Source: Anaerohalosphaeraceae bacterium | Lineage (GTDB): Bacteria; Planctomycetota; Phycisphaerae; Sedimentisphaerales; Anaerohalosphaeraceae | NCBI GenBank assembly: GCA_963675525.2 | Contig: CAXXSL010000013.1 | Location: forward strand, 512,001 to 576,000 | Direction of reading: 5' to 3' | Length of the DNA stretch: 64,000 nucleotides | In this document: positions 34,847 to 43,173 of the stretch, piece by piece | Layout of the letters: each line of letters begins with the position of its first letter | Position numbering within the stretch: the stretch's first letter is position 1 | Notes under the pieces: model-generated | The model's database searches: none | What the model saw: the letters and a program-made list of their open reading frames with translations, nothing else | What the model was told of the DNA's origin: nothing | Program-made: the position numbers and the translations under genes

Positions 34847-35365
34847 ATGACGCTGTTAGAGTATCTAAATGCACAGCACTGTGATTACAAGGTCACCGAA
34901 CACAAACCTGTTTACACCGCCCAGCAGTTGGCAGCCACTGAGCACATTTCCGGCAGGCAGGTCGCCAAACCGGTGGTGGTTCGGGCCGACGGGCGGTTTT
35001 ATGTCTGTGTCTTGCCCGCCGACCGAAAGATCGACCTGTATGCACTGCAGAAACATCTGAAAGCCAAAAATGTTCTGCTGGCCAATGAACACGAAATGGA
35101 ACATCTGTTTGCCGATACTGAACTGGGTGCCGAGCCCCCGCTGGGCAATCTTTACAACCTGCCGACATTGATGGATAAATCGCTGACCAAAGACAAACAA
35201 ATCGTCTTCCTGGCCGGCAGTCATGAGCAATCCATCTGGATATCCATGAGCCAGTACCGCAAGCTGGCCAATCCCGTCATCGCCTCGTTCAGTTATCCGG
35301 CGTCATTTGACGAGATCGAGTCGATGCCCTTTGACCCGTTCTTCTATGACCCTTACGGTTTATAA
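34847..35365 (+). CDS. YbaK/aminoacyl-tRNA deacylase family protein
   Basis: YTAQQLA, VAKPVVV, LANE.E, LGAEPPLG, F.AGSH; GGAGG SD. Confidence 0.85.
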   Translation: MTLLEYLNAQHCDYKVTEHKPVYTAQQLAATEHISGRQVAKPVVVRADGRFYVCVLPADRKIDLYALQKHLKAKNVLLANEHEMEHLFADTELGAEPPLGNLYNLPTLMDKSLTKDKQIVFLAGSHEQSIWISMSQYRKLANPVIASFSYPASFDEIESMPFDPFFYDPYGL

Positions 35366-35441
35366 ATAAAAGCGTCGTGCAGCAGCGATATCCAGAGCCG
35401 GGGACGTCAGTGACCGGTTTTCGTAAAGCAATCAGCGCGCA

Positions 35442-35484
35442 CAAAAAAGAGGCCCTAATCACCCTCCGACAGGCCTCTTTTTTT
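35442..35484. terminator. Bidirectional intrinsic terminator
   Basis: AAAAAAGAGGCC...GGCCTCTTTTTTT between convergent genes. Confidence 0.75.
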
Positions 35485-35521
35485 GCCATCACCTTTAGCA
35501 AGATGATGATATAGAATTATA

Positions 35522-36292
35522 TTAAACTCTGCGTTTCCGCAGCAGCAACCCGCCCGATCCCAGCAACACCATCGTCGCCGGTTCGGGAACTAAGTACGCC
35601 GCGTCAGATCCGAACTCGACCATCACACCGTTATCATAAAGAAAATTCAGATCGGTCAGCGCCTGGCTCAAATCCAGCGTAATGATAACCGTATCGCCGA
35701 TGGCTCCAAGCCCGCCCATCGGGATAATCGGCGTCGATATACCGCTTTGCGATACAATGCCGCCCTGAGGACCGTCAATATTACTCGGGCCGTCAAGATT
35801 CGCACCGCCAAACGCCGTCGTCTGAGCCTTTTCGGCGCTCACAAGATTTGTCAGCAAACCAGTCCCGTCCATATTTCCATATCCCCATTCGCCGCTGAGG
35901 TCATCGCCCGGCCCAACCATCGTATCCATATCATACGAGGCGCCGCCGGGACCCAGCACAACCGTTCCCCCTGTGATCATCGCATCGCCATTGTAACCGG
36001 GGTGTCCAAAATCAAATGAAATGGCCGTTAAGATCTGGGCGGCATTATCAAAACCCAGGGGAACATCGGTCGATGTATTCGTCAAAGTGATTTTCATCAC
36101 GGTTGGATCGGCGGTATCCAATGAAAACACTGCCTGCGCACTGAGACCATTTAACTGGCTCGTGGATACGGGGCTATGATTGGACGCACTGTCAAATATG
36201 AACATTTCGGTGTAAAGTGTCGCAGAAGAAATACTTGAGAAGCCAAACACCCCTAAAATAAAGACCACTACAAACCTTTTCATCTTTCGCAC
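35522..36292 (-). CDS. PEP-CTERM surface protein (XDD4-like)
   Basis: Signal peptide; LSAQAVF, ITLTNTS, ILTAISFD, NLDGP..IDGPQGGI; VPEPATMVLLGSGGLLLRKRRV. Confidence 0.88.
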   Translation of the reverse strand: MRKMKRFVVVFILGVFGFSSISSATLYTEMFIFDSASNHSPVSTSQLNGLSAQAVFSLDTADPTVMKITLTNTSTDVPLGFDNAAQILTAISFDFGHPGYNGDAMITGGTVVLGPGGASYDMDTMVGPGDDLSGEWGYGNMDGTGLLTNLVSAEKAQTTAFGGANLDGPSNIDGPQGGIVSQSGISTPIIPMGGLGAIGDTVIITLDLSQALTDLNFLYDNGVMVEFGSDAAYLVPEPATMVLLGSGGLLLRKRRV

Positions 36293-36395
36293 TCCTCTCG
36301 CTTCCCCGCTCCACCGGGAAAAGCGCTTTCCATCTTACTCCAATTTAATGGATGTAATTCTCCTCCTCATCCATTTGTCCCCATTCACCCAATCT

Positions 36396-36424
36396 ATTGT
36401 AGGTCTTTCACGCAACAAAGTCAA
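36396..36424 (-). promoter_or_regulatory. Sigma70-type promoter TTGACT-17-TACAAT
   Basis: Reverse complement of AGTCAA (36419-36424) and ATTGTA (36396-36401). Confidence 0.6.
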
Positions 36425-36683
36425 GTTTTTTTGAATCCCAAACCTCCGTAGAAATACTGATAACTTGTTTTTGGAAAAGAAGTTGCCGTTATTCGACAAT
36501 CACGCAAATCCTTCATACACCTAAAGTTATAGGTTTCACGTCCGGAATAAAACCATTGCGTCTTTTTGATAATTTTTTTCTGTTTTATTGAAAATTTACA
36601 AACAATTCCATCGAAGACGGAGGTGATAACCGTAAATGCCGTTTTTCAGGCGGCTCACCGGGGCGGGGGTCTCGCCAAAAAAA

Positions 36684-36716
36684 AAAGAGGCCTTTTCAAA
36701 ATGAAAAGGTCTCTTT
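36684..36716 (-). terminator. Intrinsic terminator downstream of the PEP-CTERM gene 36780-37409
   Basis: AAAGAGGCCTTTTCA-AAA-TGAAAAGGTCTCTTT hairpin with an adjacent A10 run (U-tract on the minus strand). Confidence 0.7.
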
Positions 36717-36779
36717 AATAATCTTCACATCCCTACCTCTTAAAACAGAGGTTGGTGCTTTATCTTACTTTTCTTTGTC

Positions 36780-37409
36780 TTACGTCTTGCGACGGATCAG
36801 TAAACCGCCCAGTCCCAGCAGCACCAGTGTAGCCGGTTCCGGAACACAGATTGTATCGATGATCACCCGATCAACATAAACCGAACCGCCAATCAGAATT
36901 TGTTCAAATGCAGGATTGGGTTCCAGGTGAATCAGAAATGTGCTGTGGAACCATCCCGGTTCCAGCGGACTTTCCGCCAGCAGTTGACCGGCCACGTCAA
37001 TCGGCCTGTTATCCGCCATGACCGCGGTCACTTCCGGATCGCCGAAAGGGGTCTGCTCTGACCAGATCACCTGAACCAGGATATCCTTGAACGGATTGGG
37101 ATCTGGAAAATTCGGGATATCAATAAGCAGCGAACCGGACAGCGGCACAACACCGATACGGCACATGTACTCCTGCTGCCAGCCTGTGGTGGCACCCGGA
37201 AAGTACTGCAAGGCCGCCGGACCCATCGGATTTTGATCAATGTCAGGCGGGATCAAAATACCCGGATTCGTTGGCTGATCAAACATCCATGCCTGCATCG
37301 TCGACCCCGGAAGGCCTCTAAACGGCGCACCTGCATCATCTAATTCTAATACACCCAGTGACGAAGCACTCAGTGCGATAACAACAAGAAATAACTGTAA
37401 TCTTTTCAT
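36780..37409 (-). CDS. PEP-CTERM surface protein
   Basis: Signal peptide; IPNFPDPNPFKDI, VDRVIIDTICVPEPATLVLLGLGGLLIRRKT. Confidence 0.88.
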   Translation of the reverse strand: MKRLQLFLVVIALSASSLGVLELDDAGAPFRGLPGSTMQAWMFDQPTNPGILIPPDIDQNPMGPAALQYFPGATTGWQQEYMCRIGVVPLSGSLLIDIPNFPDPNPFKDILVQVIWSEQTPFGDPEVTAVMADNRPIDVAGQLLAESPLEPGWFHSTFLIHLEPNPAFEQILIGGSVYVDRVIIDTICVPEPATLVLLGLGGLLIRRKT

Positions 37410-37669
37410 CTCTCTCGTCCCCCTGCTTTTCATCATCCAATCGAAAAGCTTCCTGGTAAAATCTCCTCACATTTTTTTCGGGTGAACCGTTCCGTCTTTA
37501 CCCCCATTTCAATAACATGCAGTATACCATTTTTTACGCAAAAAATCAATCGATCGGGCATGCTTTGACCGGTGCTGTGCGTCCTATAGAAACCACTTCC
37601 GGCAGTCACGCCGCAATGACTCTGCAGCATAACCCGATAATAAAAATCGTTCCTGCTTCAGAACACAAT

Positions 37670-39157
37670 TTAGTACCGGCTCATCCGGTTATTGCGTCCG
37701 ATAAAGGCATTGACAAAAAAATAGCGCAATGCGTCGATGGGGTGGTCATGAATGCCATCTTTTTTCGGCAGTTCCGATTGCACAACCGCCCCCGTTTCCG
37801 GATAGTGATAGCACTGCATCGCTTCGATCAGATGCTTACATCCCGGATCGATAACGAGCCGATGCGACCCGTCACCGGCACGCAGATGCGCGCGGATTTT
37901 TTCAATGCCTTCCAAAATCCGGCTGTGTTGATGTTTCACGCGAATCCCCGCCCTGGCTAATTCCTTGATCTCGCTGCTGCCGGAAACGCCGTCATGTCCC
38001 GCTCCGGCCGGGTCGCCGAAGGTCCCGGCCACCTGCGATTCAGCACAGGGTGTTCGAGCCTTCAACACAACGGCATGTTCGGCGATCCGCATTCGACGTT
38101 GAACATATTCATCGATCACCCGCACCACGTCACCGTCAACCTGAATCCATAAACATACAAACGGATTCGTAAACCCAAAGTCCATCGCCCGGTATAGCGG
38201 CAGCGTCGGATCATAGACAACCGGCCCTACATGCACGTCCGGGTCAAACTCGGCAAACACCGCGTTTTCCAGATTCGGACGCAGGCACAGCATCTCGCTT
38301 TCAAACCCGGCCCGACTGCTGCGACGCATCTGGGCGATGCAGTCGTCAATTTTCAAATAGCCTCTGGCCCGGCGTGCCTTGCCGCCGCAGTCGCTGTTCA
38401 ACGGACACCGGCTGCAACTGCGATCTTTGCCGCATCGCTCGATGACCTCCCACATGCACCACTGAAAGACCGGGATGCCGCTGTTCGCGGAGTCATCGAT
38501 CAGCTTCTGCATCAGGCCGTACGGCCGGTGCATCGTGCTGAACATTTCCATCGCCGCCAGATGGCCGTCGGCGCTGCGGGTGACGAACTTGGCGGCATTG
38601 AAAATAGCTTCATCGAACAGCTCGATCTCGTCGCAGCGCAGCTTGTGAACATGCCGACCGCGCACGGCTCGGGCCGATTGCGCCAGGACCTGTACGGTTG
38701 TACCGTTTTGAAAACGGCAGGATCCCTTCAGCATCTTACCGTCCAGGCGATCTTCAAATCCCCGCTCGACAAACTCGCACAGGTATTCATATATCCGGCT
38801 GGACTGGTCCAGCGACCCGGCCAGAACCCGCGTCTGGCATCGGGGCTTGAACAACCCTTCCAGCAGCGTCGTAACTGCCGCGAGTTGGGTTTTGCCGCCG
38901 CCCCGGTTGGCCCACACAATGCAGTCGCCGCTGGTTAATTTTTTCCTTTTATTGAATCCCCCCATTTCGCAGCTGTACGCATGCCACAAATAATCCATCG
39001 GCGAAGCATGATGCCCGCAAATATGCCGGTCCGGCACAACAAAGTCGGCATGTTCTTTTAAATACACCTTCAGCTCGTAACGATTCCGCGGCACCGCATC
39101 GCGATCAATTTTCCCCGGTTTTTTACGATCTTCCTTTGTGGCTACTGTCTGTTCCAT
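37670..39157 (-). CDS. Phage terminase large subunit-like protein (ATPase + RNase H-like nuclease)
   Basis: Walker A WANRGGGKT, AVRG, Walker B RCDEIE, motif III FST, nuclease RAMDFGFTNP, GDPAG, HDHPIDALRY; AAGGAG SD. Confidence 0.85.
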   Translation of the reverse strand: MEQTVATKEDRKKPGKIDRDAVPRNRYELKVYLKEHADFVVPDRHICGHHASPMDYLWHAYSCEMGGFNKRKKLTSGDCIVWANRGGGKTQLAAVTTLLEGLFKPRCQTRVLAGSLDQSSRIYEYLCEFVERGFEDRLDGKMLKGSCRFQNGTTVQVLAQSARAVRGRHVHKLRCDEIELFDEAIFNAAKFVTRSADGHLAAMEMFSTMHRPYGLMQKLIDDSANSGIPVFQWCMWEVIERCGKDRSCSRCPLNSDCGGKARRARGYLKIDDCIAQMRRSSRAGFESEMLCLRPNLENAVFAEFDPDVHVGPVVYDPTLPLYRAMDFGFTNPFVCLWIQVDGDVVRVIDEYVQRRMRIAEHAVVLKARTPCAESQVAGTFGDPAGAGHDGVSGSSEIKELARAGIRVKHQHSRILEGIEKIRAHLRAGDGSHRLVIDPGCKHLIEAMQCYHYPETGAVVQSELPKKDGIHDHPIDALRYFFVNAFIGRNNRMSRY

Positions 39158-39341
39158 TGATATGCTCCTTCTCGAAATGGTGTTAGATGATGCACTTCAG
39201 TTCAGATGAAAACGTTATGGCGCAATTCGTCCGTCATCGCTTTAGCAAAGATGGAACCCTTGTGCATGAAGTGTCTGTCGATGCCGGGCCGTGCGCCCCG
39301 TGCCCAAGCGGGTAATGATAAGCCGCAACTACAATCTTGAT

Positions 39342-39770
39342 TCAGCAGGACCGCAGGTAGTCGATGGCGTTGTCGATGAAATTGATGATTGCGCCCTTGG
39401 CGCCCCGGACCTCGTCATATTCTTTGAGTTGGCCCTTTGATTGGAGGGTATCGCGAACCAATTCGATCTCCTGTAATTCTTCCGCATCAATCCAAAGTCC
39501 TTCGCACGATTTGCACATCTCCACCGTAACGTATGTTTGAGGATAGTTAAATTCAAACATCAGTTCCTGGCAGACCGGACAGACACGCAAAACCTGTTTG
39601 GCTTCGTCAGGCAGCGATAATTCTTTGATCGCCAACGGGCTGACTTTTTCAAACTCACCCTTTTCCAGCCAGAAACCTTTGCACTGTGTGCAATAGTTTA
39701 TGGCGACACCGCCGCCTTCTTTGACCGTGCCTTCTCTGAGTGGATGTGTTTTACATTTTGGACAGTACAT
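39342..39770 (-). CDS. Double zf-TFIIB-like zinc finger protein
   Basis: CPKC...CTQCKGFWLEKGE and CPVC...CKSCEGLWIDAEEL; GGAGA SD before ATG 39770. Confidence 0.85.
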   Translation of the reverse strand: MYCPKCKTHPLREGTVKEGGGVAINYCTQCKGFWLEKGEFEKVSPLAIKELSLPDEAKQVLRVCPVCQELMFEFNYPQTYVTVEMCKSCEGLWIDAEELQEIELVRDTLQSKGQLKEYDEVRGAKGAIINFIDNAIDYLRSC

Positions 39771-39780
39771 TGTTCTTCTC

Positions 39781-40575
39781 CTACCAACTCCCCGTTGCAC
39801 CGCCGCCGCCGGAAAAACCGCCGCCGAAACCGCCGCCGAAACCACCGACTCCGCCATCGCTTGAACCGGCCTCCGGCAAACTTTCGACAGTCTTTTTGGC
39901 CATCACGAATAACGCCAGAAGCAAGATGATGATAAAACCGGCGCAAATCCAGCCCCAGCCGCGCTTGCCGCTACGGAACAGGCTTATGGTAACCGGTATC
40001 AGGAAAATGATGAGCCCGACGACAGCCAGCTTGACCCTGCCGGGAATCAAACGCATACGGCCGAACTCCAAAATCAGGGCGCGCGTGCCTTTGATGATAC
40101 CTTTATCGTAACGGTTTTTTTTGAATTGCGGGATAATGACCTTTTGCATAATGCGATTAGCGTCACCGTCTCGCGAGCGTCCGTAATAAGCGCCCAGTTC
40201 GATCCGCGCCTTGCGGTCCTTAACCGCCACCACAAACAGAACGCCGTCGTTTTTCGGCATGTTGCCGATGCCGTATGCATCGAACAGGCCCGTGGCAAAT
40301 GTTTCGATGCTGCTGTTGGCCGTGCCGGGGTAGTCATGAATCGAATCGATGGTCACCACCGCCATTTCGAATCCGTTTTCTTTTTCGCAGGTATACAGCC
40401 AGCTCTCGAGTTCTTCTTCCTGTACAGCCGTCAGCAGTCGGGCATGGTCGGTCACATAGCCCCGGTCCGGCTGCGGATACGGGGCGTAACTTTTTTCAGT
40501 ATCCACCGCCAAAACCAATGCGCTGCACAAACCAGCGCAGACAATGAACAGACTGTAAAAATAATTATTCTTCAT
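39781..40575 (-). CDS. TPM domain (YgcG-like) protein with Gly-rich tail
   Basis: YVTDHARLL, VVTIDS, GIG..KNDGVLFVVA..DRKARIELG, TM helices, GGFSGGGGATGSW. Confidence 0.9.
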   Translation of the reverse strand: MKNNYFYSLFIVCAGLCSALVLAVDTEKSYAPYPQPDRGYVTDHARLLTAVQEEELESWLYTCEKENGFEMAVVTIDSIHDYPGTANSSIETFATGLFDAYGIGNMPKNDGVLFVVAVKDRKARIELGAYYGRSRDGDANRIMQKVIIPQFKKNRYDKGIIKGTRALILEFGRMRLIPGRVKLAVVGLIIFLIPVTISLFRSGKRGWGWICAGFIIILLLALFVMAKKTVESLPEAGSSDGGVGGFGGGFGGGFSGGGGATGSW

Positions 40576-41014
40576 ACGCGATCTCGTCGCTAAGCTCGTT
40601 TTGGTCGTCGGCGCCACAGGGAAAATAGGCGTGCAGTTTTTCACCGATGCATTCGATGCCGACCGTAAGCCCTGTGCCGAATTGGTCCTGGCGGAAATGC
40701 GATGCCATGGCGTCTTTGACATCATCCCAGAAGGATTGGCCGACCTGTTGATGGATGCCTTCGTCGCCGTAGATGAGAAATTCGCAATTGGTCGTGACCA
40801 GCAAAATAAGCACCGCGTTTCGCTGCCGTGTTTTGTTCAGGCCGTGCTTTTTGAACAGGTAGGCAGCTTTCTGTCTGATCTCCAGCCAGCAATACCGCAA
40901 CACGATCAGCTTGATCTCCGCTGACGTGGCCTTTTCAGCCTGTGCAATCGCAGCGCCGATCTGGTCCTGCTCAGCGGGACTAAAAAACGCATCGGGATGG
41001 GTTAACCGCTTCAT
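40565..41014 (-). CDS. TPM domain (DUF477-like) protein
   Basis: AIAQAEKATSAEI, KTRQRNAVLI, GDEGIH, FW, DDQNELSD. Confidence 0.88.
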   Translation of the reverse strand: MKRLTHPDAFFSPAEQDQIGAAIAQAEKATSAEIKLIVLRYCWLEIRQKAAYLFKKHGLNKTRQRNAVLILLVTTNCEFLIYGDEGIHQQVGQSFWDDVKDAMASHFRQDQFGTGLTVGIECIGEKLHAYFPCGADDQNELSDEIAYEE

Positions 41015-41382
41015 GATCCGTCCTCTGTTTATCCTTCGTAAACCACCCCTATCATACGCACATAGATACAAACGTCAAGCAATAAATTCCGTTGCAGTTT
41101 TTTATGTGGTATCATAAAAAAGTTCTAAAGAGGCCCATAAATTTATCATGTAAATCCAGTCCATCCCGCCAAAAAGACTTTTTCTAAGCCATATCCAAAA
41201 TTCGTAACGAATGGTCCTTCTGTGTTTTTTGACCAAATTATTGTGAACACTTCCCACCCATCGAAGTGGAGCAAAAGCAAAGCGTTATCGCAGGCCTTTA
41301 AAACGCTGCTGAAAACCAGATAAAAAACAGGGCCGCAAAATCGCTTTCGCCGCCCTGTTGTGTTATTTGATTTTAAATGTCT

Positions 41383-42672
41383 TTATTGCAGTGCCGATTC
41401 GACGCTGACAGTAAACTCGCCTTCGTCGGGGAACGGACCGTTGTAGCCTGCGACACGGATATAGATCGTCTCGTCTTGGTCCATGTAATAGTAGGTGATT
41501 GATTCGCTGCCGTAGTTTTCTACACAGTCAATCTCGCTGCCCCCGCAGGCGTCCCAGATCGACAAGGTGCTGTCAAATTGAGCTGGGTCGGCGATCTCCA
41601 CGTTGATATTGTACCAGGAACCCCACGGTGCAGTAAACGAGTACCAGACATCCTTGCCGTCGCTGCCGGAGGAACACGTGTCCATCGCCCCGCCGGTGGC
41701 ACCAAAATTATTGCCGACAACCGGTACATCCAGCGTCAACGCAATCGCGTTACTGCATGCGTCATTTGCGAGAATCGTCTCCAGCCAGAACTGCGCCAGA
41801 ATTGCCAGATCGCCCAGATCCACACGACCGCTGCCGTCGATATCCGCATCGGCAGCCGTCAGCACCGGTCCGGTACCCGGGGAGAGGGTCAGACTCAGAT
41901 TCATCTCCACAGAAGAATCCGCCATCCCCGGGTTGGTGCCGGTATAGGCTGTAGCAATTACGCCGCCATGCAGACCGATGACATCGCCGATCTGCGCTGA
42001 AAATGTTGCCTGGCCGGTATACTCGCCGTCGGAATCCTGCATACTAATGGTATGTACAATTTCACTCGGCTGCGGATCGTCGTAATCGGCGCAGTTCAAC
42101 GTAATTAGAATATCCCCGTCTTCGGGGCCGTGCACTATCGCCGAGTAGGAACTGCCGCCCTCGGACATGGTCATGATCATTGCCGCATAATCCACCGTCA
42201 CCGTAACCCAGTCACCGGTCGATTCGCCCGCTTCCGGAGTAATTTCATAAAAGTTGCCGGTTGCATAGCCCGGATCTACCATCTCGGCCCCGGCCCAGGC
42301 AAAAGCTTCTTCGCCTTCGGGCGTGGTAATCTCAACATACGAAGACGAATAGGCATACAGTTGAATCATATTATCCATAAACACTTCGTTTGTTTGGATG
42401 GAAATATCAATCATGCTCTCACTTTCGGCAACGACAAACTCATCCGGCTGTACTTCGATATAGGTGTTTGAATACGTTCCGTTGAAGTTCGGATGCCATT
42501 CATCATACCGATCGGTAAATTCATTCGGCTCGGGTATGTCGGCACGCGTCAAAGCGTCTGAGTTGCAGTACGTCATTTCCTGCACCGGCGAAAAAGACGC
42601 CGCCTGAACAATCCCCATCATCACCACACACATCACCCACAGTCCCGCTAATGCCCTACGCTTCATTTTCAT
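41383..42672 (-). CDS. Secreted acidic protein with dockerin-like EF-hand and C-terminal PPC-like beta domain
   Basis: Signal peptide; ADIDGSGRVDLGDLAILAQFWL; NDACSNA..DVWYSF..FDSTL..YIRVAGY. Confidence 0.75.
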   Translation of the reverse strand: MKMKRRALAGLWVMCVVMMGIVQAASFSPVQEMTYCNSDALTRADIPEPNEFTDRYDEWHPNFNGTYSNTYIEVQPDEFVVAESESMIDISIQTNEVFMDNMIQLYAYSSSYVEITTPEGEEAFAWAGAEMVDPGYATGNFYEITPEAGESTGDWVTVTVDYAAMIMTMSEGGSSYSAIVHGPEDGDILITLNCADYDDPQPSEIVHTISMQDSDGEYTGQATFSAQIGDVIGLHGGVIATAYTGTNPGMADSSVEMNLSLTLSPGTGPVLTAADADIDGSGRVDLGDLAILAQFWLETILANDACSNAIALTLDVPVVGNNFGATGGAMDTCSSGSDGKDVWYSFTAPWGSWYNINVEIADPAQFDSTLSIWDACGGSEIDCVENYGSESITYYYMDQDETIYIRVAGYNGPFPDEGEFTVSVESALQ

Positions 42673-42800
42673 CCCCTTTCGCAAATCATTGTTATAAAGA
42701 TGGTATCTTTTTTGACGACAAGTACTTATACAAATCACTTCAACAGGCAGGCAACTGAATTCTAAACGACCATATCGTTTGATGACTAATTCGAGACAGG

Positions 42801-42829
42801 ATTATACCAAAAACGCCGATAATAATCAA
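42801..42829 (-). promoter_or_regulatory. Sigma70-type promoter TTGATT-17-TATAAT
   Basis: Reverse complement of AATCAA (42824-42829) and ATTATA (42801-42806), with an extended -10 TG. Confidence 0.65.
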
Positions 42830-42917
42830 GTTTTTTGTGAAATTGATGTTTTTTGTACGACCGTCCCTGAATTTTATTGAACATGTATTTATTTTTTACG
42901 CTTACATATAATAAGGA

Positions 42918-43032
42918 TTAATCCAATGGTGCTCCGTTGAAATAGGTAAAGGCTTCCGTGCTGCCGGCAACACCATAGACCGTTGAGGACACTGTACTCT
43001 GAACATAGCCCTCCAGCGTCACCACATCATTT
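42918..43032 (-). pseudogene. 3' remnant of a diverged homolog of the C1q-domain gene (45110-46593)
   Basis: Reads NDVVTLEGYVQSTVSSTVYGVAGSTEAFTYFNGAPLD*; 25/37 aa identical to the C-terminus at 45110-45223 by my alignment. Confidence 0.85.
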
Positions 43033-43083
43033 GAAACAAAAAAAACAATCCCTTATTGTATATAGGAATTACGCGTTTTTTTC

Positions 43084-43111
43084 TTGATATCAGATGATTT
43101 TGTTGTATAAT
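43084..43111 (+). promoter_or_regulatory. Sigma70-type promoter TTGATA-16-TATAAT for the C10 peptidase
   Basis: Direct reading; followed by an AGGAGG SD before ATG 43174. Confidence 0.55.
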
Positions 43112-43173
43112 GTAAATAAAGGTGAATTTAAACATTGGAAGAGTTTCATTTTTAGATTCAGGAGGCGAGTATC

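Noticed and set aside
37400..41100. Prophage around the terminase
   Set aside because: No portal, capsid, tail, integrase or lysis genes and no att-like repeats were seen; the neighbours are host-type genes.
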